33,708 bases of DNA from contig CAZSBW010000001.1 in NCBI GenBank assembly GCA_964604815.1, positions 1 to 33,708 on the forward strand. The letters run 5' to 3'. This DNA is from an uncultured Salinivenus sp. (GTDB lineage: Bacteria; Bacteroidota; Rhodothermia; Rhodothermales; Salinibacteraceae). A program made the position numbers and the translations under genes. Position 1 is the first letter of the stretch, and the number at the start of each line of letters is the position of its first letter. Shown piece by piece: positions 16,929-25,756 of this stretch. The notes under the pieces were generated by a model that was given only the letters and a program-made list of their open reading frames with translations, did no database searches and had not been told where the DNA came from.

Positions 16929-18947
16929 CTACCAGACGGGCTCGGCGCCAAATTCTTTGAAAAGAACGTCGAGGGAAGAGTACGTATCGCGAAGCGCCTG
17001 GAGTTGCTCCCGGGGGCTAAGCGGCTCGTCGGCGTCGTCGTCCGCGTCGGCGTCGGGAGTTGGGTCGTCTACGACGAACTCCAGGTCCTGAATCGGCGTG
17101 TCGAACGTGGCGGTGAGGTGCTTCAGCAGGAAGCGTCGCTGGTCGCGCAGGGTGTCGCGGTGCAGGGGCTTCGGGACAGTCACGGTGAGCACTTCGTTTC
17201 GCAGTTCCACCGGTTCGGTCTCGCCGAGCAGAGAGCCGAGACTGATGCGGGTGCTCTTGACGGAGTCGACGAACTGGGGCCACTGCTGGGCCAGGTCTCC
17301 GGCGCTGGGGACGGCAGGATCGACGGTCGGCTCGGCGACGACGGCCTGCGGATCGGCGCCCCCGTCCGCCGACTGGGCGTCTGGGGGGGCGGCGTCAGAC
17401 GCGCCGTTGCCGCCGCCCGACGACCCGTCGTCGAGGGCCGGGGAGCCGAAGAGGTCATCGTATTCAACGTTTGCATCATCAGCCGAAGACGGTTCCTCGG
17501 CGTCCGAGGGCGAGGGCTTCTGGGGACTGGGGCCTGCGTCTGACTGGTCACCGGGCGGCTCGGGCTCGGAAGACGAGTCGTCTTCGTCGGGAGGAGGATC
17601 GGAAGAGGCCTCGTCCGGCACTTCAGAACCGCGAGGCGGATCGGCCTCGTAGGAGGACGCGGGCTCAGCCGCCTCTCGCGAGGACGGTTCTGCTTGCTGG
17701 TTGCTTTCGGGCGTCTCCTCGGCCCGTTCGTCGCCCGTCGCGTCGTCGCTTCCGGGAATCGAGTCGGGGAGTTGACCCTCCTCGGCCATCTGCTCCAGCC
17801 GGTCGACCTTCCGGAGCACCTTGCGCAGGTCGGCCGTGCGGCGCATCTGCGCCATCTTGAGGAGGGTTGTCTCCAGCTTGAGACGCGGCTGCGGGCTGTT
17901 TTTCACGTCGTCCTCCGCGTCGCCGGCCACGGTCAGCAGGCGCAGCAGATCGGCCTCGCCGAAGCGCTCCGCCTCGCTGCCGTATCGCGTGCGGGTGCTC
18001 TCGGCGACGCCCTCCAGCGCGTCCCCGTCCAGCGAGTGCGCGACCAGCAGATTGCGAAGGTGCTCGGCCAGGCCCGCCAGGAATTCCTGAAGGTCGTATC
18101 CACTGCGGACGACGTGCCGCACCAGCTTCAGCACACCCGCCGTGTTTTGCGTCGCCACGTGTTCGGTGAGGTCGAAATAGAGGTCCTGGTCCACCACCCC
18201 CAGCGCCTGCGTGAGCTCGCCGTACTCCAGCGTGGTGCCGCAGAGCGAGATGGCCTGGTCGAAGGCCGAGAGGGCGTCGCGGAGGGCGCCGTTTCCTTTG
18301 CGGGCCAGCAGCATGAGGCTTTCCTCGTCGGCCTCCACGTCCTCGATCTCGCAGATCTCACGGAGGCGATCCACGATTCGGGGCACGGGAATGCGCCGGA
18401 AGTCGAAGCGCTGGCACCGCGACAGGATGGTGGGGAGGACCTTGTGCGGTTCGGTGGTCGCGAAGATGAAGAGGGCGTGGGCGGGCGGTTCCTCCAGCGT
18501 CTTCAGCAGAGCGTTGAAGGCCGACTTCGACAGCATGTGGACCTCGTCGAGAATGTAGACCTTCTTGCTTTCCCCCTGCGGCGGGATGCGCACCTTTTCC
18601 CGTAGTTCGCGCACGTCGTCGACCTTGTTGTTCGAGGCCGCGTCCATTTCGAAGACGTTGAGGCTGCGGCCGTTTTCGAAGGCGGTGCACGAGTCACACT
18701 CGCAGCACGGCTCGGCCTCGTCTTCCCGCTCCTCGCGCGGGGTCTCGCAGTTGATGGCCTTTGCCAAGATGCGGGCGGCGGTCGTTTTGCCGACGCCGCG
18801 CGGGCCGCTGAAGAGATAGGCGTGCGCCAGCCGGTCGAGTCGGAGCGCGTTCTTGAGGGTATCAGTGACGTGCTCTTGAGCGACGACCTCCTTGAAGAGC
18901 GAGGGCCGGTACTTGCGCGCGGTAACGAGATAGTCTTGATCAGCCAT
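16929..18947 (-). CDS. dnaX: DNA polymerase III subunit gamma/tau
   Basis: ARKYRP, Walker A GPRGVGKT, zinc module, DAAS, DEVHML, NALLKTLEEPP, SRC; long acidic Pro-rich linker before the C-terminal domain; ATG 18947. Confidence 0.97.
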   Translation of the reverse strand: MADQDYLVTARKYRPSLFKEVVAQEHVTDTLKNALRLDRLAHAYLFSGPRGVGKTTAARILAKAINCETPREEREDEAEPCCECDSCTAFENGRSLNVFEMDAASNNKVDDVRELREKVRIPPQGESKKVYILDEVHMLSKSAFNALLKTLEEPPAHALFIFATTEPHKVLPTILSRCQRFDFRRIPVPRIVDRLREICEIEDVEADEESLMLLARKGNGALRDALSAFDQAISLCGTTLEYGELTQALGVVDQDLYFDLTEHVATQNTAGVLKLVRHVVRSGYDLQEFLAGLAEHLRNLLVAHSLDGDALEGVAESTRTRYGSEAERFGEADLLRLLTVAGDAEDDVKNSPQPRLKLETTLLKMAQMRRTADLRKVLRKVDRLEQMAEEGQLPDSIPGSDDATGDERAEETPESNQQAEPSSREAAEPASSYEADPPRGSEVPDEASSDPPPDEDDSSSEPEPPGDQSDAGPSPQKPSPSDAEEPSSADDANVEYDDLFGSPALDDGSSGGGNGASDAAPPDAQSADGGADPQAVVAEPTVDPAVPSAGDLAQQWPQFVDSVKSTRISLGSLLGETEPVELRNEVLTVTVPKPLHRDTLRDQRRFLLKHLTATFDTPIQDLEFVVDDPTPDADADDDADEPLSPREQLQALRDTYSSLDVLFKEFGAEPVW

Positions 18948-19262
18948 AGCAACGATGGCAACAGGTGGACGGGGGCGTACGGGAGCGTTTCCCAACCGAG
19001 ACTCAATGTCATTCGGACGGCTTTTTTCAATCTCCCAAACCCTCCGTCCCAAATCAAGTTGGGACTGAAGACCGTACGGAAATCGAATCGTGGCCCGTTC
19101 GGTGTGGAAGATCGAGGCTCACACGTGTTCACTTTGGACACGATCGGCAGGGACAGAGGCAGAGATCGGAGAGCACGGAGCCTGCGACCGCACTGGGGCG
19201 ACCTTACTGATACGTGAATGGGTTCTTAAAGACGATCTCCGCTGATAACATACCACGGTTTT

Positions 19263-19279
19263 GGAGATCTGAGATCTCC
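19263..19279. promoter_or_regulatory. Perfect 8-1-8 palindrome, possible operator in the divergent dnaX / lipoprotein spacer
   Basis: GGAGATCT-G-AGATCTCC, next to an AT-rich tract at about 19293-19306. Confidence 0.3.
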
Positions 19280-19396
19280 TTCCTCGCACGGAGAATATTT
19301 TTTAACTACCCGTGCACGGATCAGTAGGACGTCGCACGCGCAGGGAAAGAAGGGAAAAACAATTCATCGTCTGATACATCGAGCCTTTATCGATTC

Positions 19397-19963
19397 ATGT
19401 CGTCCGACTCGCCCGCTGCCGGACTCCGTTCACGGACTGCGAACGTGTCGGCTCCTCATTACGAACAGTCGCCGCGTGGAGTTCGGGCCGTTTTTTCACG
19501 CACATTCCGTCGAGCCGGTCGCCATTCTGCTTACATTTTCTCGTGCGCACTCCTTTTTATGCTCACAGGGGGTGGCTGCACAGGGCCATCGTCAGGATCG
19601 CCAGCCACGGCCGACGAGCCCAAGTCGGATCAACGGATGGTTCAGGACTCGATTCGTAACACTCCCCCTCCGGGAACGGTACGAGTTCGAGCGCGCGTCG
19701 ACTCTTGCACGACAGGGGCGACGCCGCCGACGTGCCGTCTCACGCTCTCAACTGTGCTGGCCTACGGAATGTCGACCCCTACCCTCGGGACTCGTCGCTC
19801 GATCGAGGTGAGGGCTCCGATCCTACAATCACGCCAAGCGACCGACGATAGACAAATCCGTTCGGGACAGGAATTTCGTTTTCTGCTGCGTCATAGAGAA
19901 CAGCCTCGTCTCGGCGACACTTCCGGTCCGGGGACTGTCTGGCGGATTGTCGAGGTTCGGTAG
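19397..19963 (+). CDS. Putative lipoprotein of unknown function
   Basis: Hydrophobic stretch ending in LFMLTGGGC (lipobox-like Cys), low-complexity linker, then a compact domain with a Cys pair; true start may be downstream of 19397. Confidence 0.65.
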   Translation: MSSDSPAAGLRSRTANVSAPHYEQSPRGVRAVFSRTFRRAGRHSAYIFSCALLFMLTGGGCTGPSSGSPATADEPKSDQRMVQDSIRNTPPPGTVRVRARVDSCTTGATPPTCRLTLSTVLAYGMSTPTLGTRRSIEVRAPILQSRQATDDRQIRSGQEFRFLLRHREQPRLGDTSGPGTVWRIVEVR

Positions 19964-20022
19964 CGTGCTGCGATGCAAGCAAAACGATCACCCTTCTCCT
20001 TTCACACTTGTCCTCAATCGTC

Positions 20023-23000
20023 ATGTCCACCCGGATTCGGTTCGTGTTGGCGAGCCTGCTGATTGCCATTCTCGGTGTCGGCGCCTGGTTTTTCTGGGGC
20101 GCCTCGGGAAGCTCAACGTCGTCTTCGACAGAGGCATTGCTGCCGGAAGCGGTTCGGGATTCCCACAAAGCCGCCCGGGGCACCCCCGAAGACCCCGACG
20201 CCCGACGCGCCTACGAACTGCGCCGCCTCCGCGATCCTGAGACCGGCCGGCTCCCCGACGACGTGCGCAAGAAAGAGCTCGCCTTTGCCGAGCAACTGCC
20301 CGGGCGCGTTCGGAAGTCCAGTGCGAGGGGCTGGCAACTCCGTGGCCCCGCAAACGTGGGCGGGCGGTCGCGGGCCCTGGGAATTGACGTTCGAAGCCCA
20401 AACGCGGACACCATTCTGGCCGGCGGTGTGTCCGGAGGCATGTGGCGCACGGCGGATGGGGGGCAGAGCTGGACGCGCACCTTCGATCCGGATCAGAGGC
20501 CCAACGTGACGGCGCTGGCTCAGGATTCCCGTTCCGGACGACGGGACGTGTGGTACGCGGGCACCGGAGAGTTCCGTGGCAATTCGGCGAGTGGAGGCGG
20601 GGCATTCTTTGGGGGGAATGGGATTTACAGGTCGGTGGACGGGGGGAAGAGTTGGGCGTTGCTTCCCAGCACGACCAGCGACGAGACCACGTTCGATAAC
20701 TTCTTCGACTACACACACGCCGTTGAGGTGGATCCCACGGCCGCCGCGAACGGAGGCTTGGGCACCGACTCGGAGGTGTACGCGGCGGTCTACGGGCGAA
20801 TCTATCGCACCACGGATGGGGGGCAGAGCTGGACGGCAGCTCTTACGAGTGACACTACGGACGACGGCGTCAGTAATTTTTCGGCGTGGACCGACGTTGA
20901 GGTCACCACCGACGGCGAGGTGTACGCAGTCCTGAGCAGCGGCGGTGACCGGAGCGGCCTGTTCTACTCGCCGACGGGGGAAAAGGGAAGCTGGACCGAC
21001 GTCACACCAGACGGATGGCCGACGTCAAGCCTCAGGCGCACCGTGTTGGCCATCAATCCCTCCGACGAAGACGAAGTCTGGGCTGTGATGCAGGCCGACT
21101 TTGGCGCGGGGCCCAGCGGGCACGAGCTCTGGATGTACGACCAGAACACCGACGTGTGGACCGACTCCACTGAGTATTTGCCTGACCGGAATCCGGGTGG
21201 CTTCATTGGGTCCTTCAATTCCCAGGGCGGCTATGACCTGATCGTCGACGTGCATCCGGACGATGGGGACGTCATTTTCGCGGGGGGCATCAATCTGTGG
21301 CGCATTGACGTGTCGTCGTCTGCGTCCGACCCCGCGGCGTGGATTGGGGGGTACGACAGCCAACGAGGGGGACTTTACGATCCGCCCGGGAGTGATTCGC
21401 AGCACCCCGACCAGCACGCGCTTGCCTTTGTGCCGAACGACGGCGACGTGATGTTTTCGGGCAGTGACGGCGGCATACACCGTACCGACGACAACCGAGC
21501 GGGCGGAACCGGAAGTGCCGGCGATAGAGAGGTTCTCTGGAATGACCTGAACAACGGGTACTTTACGACGCAGTTCTATGCCGCGTGCCAGTTTCGAGGA
21601 CCCGACAACCAGACGGAGCGGGCCCGTGTTGCGGGCGGCCTGCAGGACAATGGAACCTGGAGCACGGCCTCCAACGATCCCACTGAGCCGTGGGAGGAGC
21701 AGTTTGGGGCCGACGGCGGATACTGTGCACTCACGAACAATGCGGGGGACGAAGGATCCTCGAGGTACGTGTCCACGCAGGGCGGCCGCGTGTACCGGTT
21801 GGGGTACGACGCGGACGGCACGCCCCGAAGCTCTGAACGCGTTGATCCCGGTCGCCTCGCAAGTGGCCAGCTCTTCATCAATCCCTTTGCGCTCGATCCG
21901 TCTGCGTCGGACGTCATGTACTATCCGGCCGGAAGCGCACTGTGGCGGAACCAGGACGTCGAGACAGATCCGGGCGACTGGACCGCGATGGACGGAGCCT
22001 CCGTCCCTGGAGAGACGATCACGGCCCTCGGCGTGTCCACGACGAACGATGCTCACGTTCTGTACTACGGAACGGATCGGGGCACCGTCAAGCGGCTCAG
22101 CGGAGCCGATACGGTGGACACGAGTACGGATCCGACGGACGTTACGGGGACCAACTTTCCGGAAACGGGGGATGAGGAGGCGGCTCCCTACGTAAGCAGC
22201 ATCGCGGTCGACCCCACCGACAGCGAGAAGGTGATGGTCGTGTTCTCGAACTACAATGTGATGAGCCTCTTCTACAGCACGGATGGAGGAGAAAGCTGGA
22301 CGGAAGTAGAAGGCAATCTCGGGGTCGATAAGGGCTTCTCCCCGTCGGTCCGTTCGGCAGCTATCCTGCCGCGCGCAGGCACCGACACGACGAAAACGAC
22401 CTTCTACGTGGGAACGAGCATCGGCGTTTACTCAACCACGTCCCTGGAGGGTTCGGATACGGAGTGGACGCAGGAAGGCACCACGGAGGTTGGCGACGTT
22501 GTCGTGGACCAGGTACAGGCTCGGTCGTACGACGGTCGCGTCGTGGCCGCCACGCACGGCAACGGGGTCTACGACTTCAAGCCGCAAAACGCGCCGCCCG
22601 TTGCCAAGGCAGACACCTTCGAGGCGCGCGCGGGCACAGCGCTGGCGATTGCGGTCCCCGGAGTGCTTGGGAACGATGCCGATGCGGACAGCTTGTCGGC
22701 CTCGGTCGTGAGCGCCCCCTCGAACGGCAGCCTCACGCTTGAGGAGGACGGTGCCTTTGAGTACGTCCCGGACGCCGACTTTACGGGGACCGATGCCTTT
22801 ACCTACCGGGCGGTTGATCCGCCCGGCTTGGCCGACACGGCAACCGTTCAACTCGACGTCGGGGCCAATCCCGCTCCGCAGGCGCCGGTCCAGCTCGCGG
22901 TCCAGAAAGCCGAGGCAGATCTCCAGCTGAGCTGGTCTTCGGTGCCAGCCGGTGACCTGAGCCGATATCGCATCTATCGCGACACGGCCCCGATCGATCA

Positions 23001-24441
23001 AGTGACGGGACGGGCGGTCTACGATTCCGTGTCGGCGTCGGACACCTCATACGTCGATTCGGGGCCCGCTCCCGGCCAGACCTATTACTACCGCGTCACC
23101 GCCGTTGACGGCGCGGGACAGGAGGGAGGGGCCTCCGAACAGGACTTCGCGTTCATCCGCAAGGAGCGCGTGTCGGCCGGCGTGAGTCGCTCGTTCGGGG
23201 ACGCCGGTGGGCCGGGGGACTACCGCCTGGTGGGTTTGCCGGGACGGGTTGACACGTCCCTCGCACAAACGCTCGACGGAGAGGCGGGTGTTGAGTGGCA
23301 GGCGTACTGGGACGACGGGTCAACGCTCGTCCGCTACGATGGATCAGGGACCTTTGACTTTCAGGAAGGCCGTGGATTCTGGGTCACGAGCCGACAAGAT
23401 TGGACGGTGGAGGGGCAATTCTCGTTCGTGACGCTGCGAGGCGACACGGCGGCCACCGTGCCGCTGAACGATGGATGGACGATCATTTCGAACCCCTTCG
23501 ACAAGGGGGTGAGTTGGGACGCTGTCGAACAGGCAAATCGGGGCGATCTCCAGCCCCTCTGGCCCTTCAACGGGGCGTTCAACGCCACAGCCGACACGTT
23601 CGCGTCCGCGGCTGCCGGCGGGGCCTACTACTTCCTCAACGACAACTCAGGGCGGGATTCGCTGGTGGTTCCGTATCCGGGCGCGCCAAAATCGGCGGCC
23701 GCTTCCACGGAGAAAGAGCATGTTGCAGACGATGATTCGGAGTCCGCCCCCCTGCTGGCCCTCTCCGCGCAGCCGACGCGCGGCGAGGGGCCGGCCTCAA
23801 CGGTGCGGCTGGGGCTCGGCGAGGAACGCGCTCTGATTGCGCCCCCGGGGCGGTTCGAGCCGGTAAGTCTGCGCATTCAGGCGAACGCGGACGAGGACTC
23901 CCGCCTCTTGATGGTCAAGGAACGACCGGCGACCGACGGCGGACACACCTTTGCCCTGCAGTTGCAGCGACGCGTTGATGGGCCCGTTCAACTCAACGCG
24001 AGCACGCATCCGAGGAGAACGAACCACTCCGCGGTGCTTTTGCGTCCCGAGGCGGGCACGACCCATGACCTGGGGGCCGAATCGTCGGTCTCTCTCGACC
24101 CGGACGGGGAGAAAGCCACGTTGAAGGTGGCCGTCGGCACCGAGGCGTACGTGAACGGCAAGACGCGCGAGGTGCTTCCCGATGAGGTGCGACTTACGTC
24201 CTATCCGAATCCGGTGCGCCGGCAAGGCACCTTTGAGTTTGCACTGCCGGACGAGACGGACGTGACGCTTCGGGTCTACGACGTGCTCGGTCGAGAGGTT
24301 GCCACTCTCGCCTCCGGCTCGAAGGAGGCGGGCCGGCACACCGTGGAGCTGAGGACGGAGGAGCTTTCGAGCGGCGTGTACTTTGGACGGCTGCGAGCAG
24401 GGGGCCAGACGGTCACCCAGAAGATTACGGTCGTGCGCTGA
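20023..24441 (+). CDS. Large T9SS cargo protein: Asp-box/BNR (VPS10/GH74-like) beta-propellers + Ig-like/cadherin-like + FN3 + T9SS type A sorting domain
   Basis: Signal/anchor from ATG 20023; GPANVGGRSRAL; Asp-boxes TADGGQSW, SVDGGKSW, TTDGGQSW, STDGGESW; HPDQHA, GGLQDNG, ATHGNG; NAPPVAKADT...GVLGNDAD...FTGTDAFTY; YYYRVTAVD; YPNPVR...VYDVLGREV...SGVYFGRL...QKITVVR. Confidence 0.9.
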   Translation: MSTRIRFVLASLLIAILGVGAWFFWGASGSSTSSSTEALLPEAVRDSHKAARGTPEDPDARRAYELRRLRDPETGRLPDDVRKKELAFAEQLPGRVRKSSARGWQLRGPANVGGRSRALGIDVRSPNADTILAGGVSGGMWRTADGGQSWTRTFDPDQRPNVTALAQDSRSGRRDVWYAGTGEFRGNSASGGGAFFGGNGIYRSVDGGKSWALLPSTTSDETTFDNFFDYTHAVEVDPTAAANGGLGTDSEVYAAVYGRIYRTTDGGQSWTAALTSDTTDDGVSNFSAWTDVEVTTDGEVYAVLSSGGDRSGLFYSPTGEKGSWTDVTPDGWPTSSLRRTVLAINPSDEDEVWAVMQADFGAGPSGHELWMYDQNTDVWTDSTEYLPDRNPGGFIGSFNSQGGYDLIVDVHPDDGDVIFAGGINLWRIDVSSSASDPAAWIGGYDSQRGGLYDPPGSDSQHPDQHALAFVPNDGDVMFSGSDGGIHRTDDNRAGGTGSAGDREVLWNDLNNGYFTTQFYAACQFRGPDNQTERARVAGGLQDNGTWSTASNDPTEPWEEQFGADGGYCALTNNAGDEGSSRYVSTQGGRVYRLGYDADGTPRSSERVDPGRLASGQLFINPFALDPSASDVMYYPAGSALWRNQDVETDPGDWTAMDGASVPGETITALGVSTTNDAHVLYYGTDRGTVKRLSGADTVDTSTDPTDVTGTNFPETGDEEAAPYVSSIAVDPTDSEKVMVVFSNYNVMSLFYSTDGGESWTEVEGNLGVDKGFSPSVRSAAILPRAGTDTTKTTFYVGTSIGVYSTTSLEGSDTEWTQEGTTEVGDVVVDQVQARSYDGRVVAATHGNGVYDFKPQNAPPVAKADTFEARAGTALAIAVPGVLGNDADADSLSASVVSAPSNGSLTLEEDGAFEYVPDADFTGTDAFTYRAVDPPGLADTATVQLDVGANPAPQAPVQLAVQKAEADLQLSWSSVPAGDLSRYRIYRDTAPIDQVTGRAVYDSVSASDTSYVDSGPAPGQTYYYRVTAVDGAGQEGGASEQDFAFIRKERVSAGVSRSFGDAGGPGDYRLVGLPGRVDTSLAQTLDGEAGVEWQAYWDDGSTLVRYDGSGTFDFQEGRGFWVTSRQDWTVEGQFSFVTLRGDTAATVPLNDGWTIISNPFDKGVSWDAVEQANRGDLQPLWPFNGAFNATADTFASAAAGGAYYFLNDNSGRDSLVVPYPGAPKSAAASTEKEHVADDDSESAPLLALSAQPTRGEGPASTVRLGLGEERALIAPPGRFEPVSLRIQANADEDSRLLMVKERPATDGGHTFALQLQRRVDGPVQLNASTHPRRTNHSAVLLRPEAGTTHDLGAESSVSLDPDGEKATLKVAVGTEAYVNGKTREVLPDEVRLTSYPNPVRRQGTFEFALPDETDVTLRVYDVLGREVATLASGSKEAGRHTVELRTEELSSGVYFGRLRAGGQTVTQKITVVR

Positions 24442-24910
24442 GGCAGTGGTCCTGACGTACCGCTTCGGGAGAAAGGCATTGTCCCGGGGAGGGCATACTG
24501 ACACGTAAATGGGTTTCCACCGATTTGAGATCGGCAAAGACGATCCCCGACTGGTAGTACACCACCGTCCTGGGGATCGAGGACCTTCCCCTCGCATGGA
24601 GAGTGTGGTTTGCGTACCTATGCACGGGTCAGCAAGTCCGCAGGTCCTCGTTTCCTCAGGCGGTTCTGGTGATTGAAGGATTGGCTCGTGCCTTTTCCCA
24701 AAACGCACCCTGCTCGGCGGCGACCTCTGCTGCAGCGGCAAGTGCCTGTAAACGTAGAGGAACGGCGCGTCGGCTGCGTCGTCTCGATCTTGACGGCCTC
24801 TTCGTTCGTCTCGGCAGAGGCGACCCAAATCGTCACGCTTCCGCAGGCGCGGGTAGAGATACGGGCGGGGTAGGTTGAAAGAAGTCGAATCACTGCCGGT
24901 TTGCTCCCGC

Positions 24911-25114
24911 CTACTCAGCCGACGACGGGTCCGGGGTGCTCGGCTCGCGCCGGTCCGGGTCCGGTGTGCTGGGCTCCCGACGCGTTGGGTTGGGCACACG
25001 CGTCGGCCGGGAGGGCTGGCGCTGCGGCGTGCGCTGCGGCTGTCGGCGCGGTTGACGCTGTGGGGTGCGTCGGCGGCGAGGAGCGGTCGGGGCAGAGGAG
25101 CGAGCGTGGGCCAT
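24911..25114 (-). CDS. Small Pro/Arg/Gln-rich repetitive protein (67 aa)
   Basis: ATG start; in-frame repeats PQRQP-like x3-4 and RREPSTPDP x2, with synonymous differences between the two DNA copies. Confidence 0.55.
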   Translation of the reverse strand: MAHARSSAPTAPRRRRTPQRQPRRQPQRTPQRQPSRPTRVPNPTRREPSTPDPDRREPSTPDPSSAE

Positions 25115-25304
25115 GACGACGAATTGGGCGGTTCTCGTTTAGCGTCCGTTGGACCGTCTGGTACGGGGTTTCACGTGCAGTGTTGACGGGCGGCTATCAG
25201 CTCTCACCGCCCGTTTCGTCAAGCGTACCGTTCAGAACTGTCTGCAAACGGCCGAGGCCCCCCACGGGCACTTGGTCGTGGCAATCCAGATTGCCTCGTT
25301 CCCG

Positions 25305-25445
25305 GTGCAAAATGGCTTCTGCACTCGCCCGGTGGTACGTGAAAAGCGCTCCTTCGCTGCGCCCGGGCGCTCCGCTACGGGCAAGCGAGCTTGTCAGTCT
25401 CATCCGAGCGCCATTTTGCAGGTGGGCCACTGTGTTCGCTCGGCT
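25305..25445. repeat. Structured intergenic repeat, copy A (REP/MITE-like element or ncRNA)
   Basis: Homologous to 28121-28210; perfect 11-bp stem TGCAAAATGGC (25306-25316) / GCCATTTTGCA (25410-25420). Confidence 0.75.
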
Positions 25446-25756
25446 GCCCCTCGTCAGTCGCTTCGCTCGCGTCGGATTTCCCCCTCCACCGAGCAGGTCG
25501 TATTCTTGCGAAGACCTGTACGCGATTTCACGTATTTTGGTCTGTAACGGGAGCTTTCGGGGACGATGGGGCTTCCAACGAGCGGGCTTGACGGCATCGT
25601 GGTCTTCTTCTTGCAGCCCAATACAGACTCCAGCCGCTTTGGGAGAGGAAGAGAGAGGCACCTGGAGGAGCCCCATGAACAGAAGCAGGCTGGAATCAGG
25701 AGGCCGCTTCCCACACGCCCCCCCGTTTCTATCACTCCCACCATCCCCACCTACCC

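Noticed and set aside
16929-18947. Programmed frameshift or slippage site producing the gamma subunit of dnaX
   Set aside because: No A AAA AAG heptamer or long A-run seen in the coding strand; the only homopolymer is a C7 run in the linker (about 17383-17389), which is insufficient evidence.
18948-19396. SRP RNA (ffs/scr) upstream of dnaX, as in some bacteria
   Set aside because: No CAGG-n-GNRA-n-AGCAG helix-8 signature found on either strand.
24890-24913. Stop-codon readthrough joining the Pro/Arg microprotein to downstream sequence
   Set aside because: The same frame reaches another stop (TGA) six codons after the TAG, and no recoding signal is evident.
25190-25756. Known c-di-GMP-I/II riboswitch upstream of the diguanylate cyclase
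   Set aside because: GCAAA words are present, but I could not match the ordered consensus and tetraloop/receptor architecture; treated instead as an unknown repeat.
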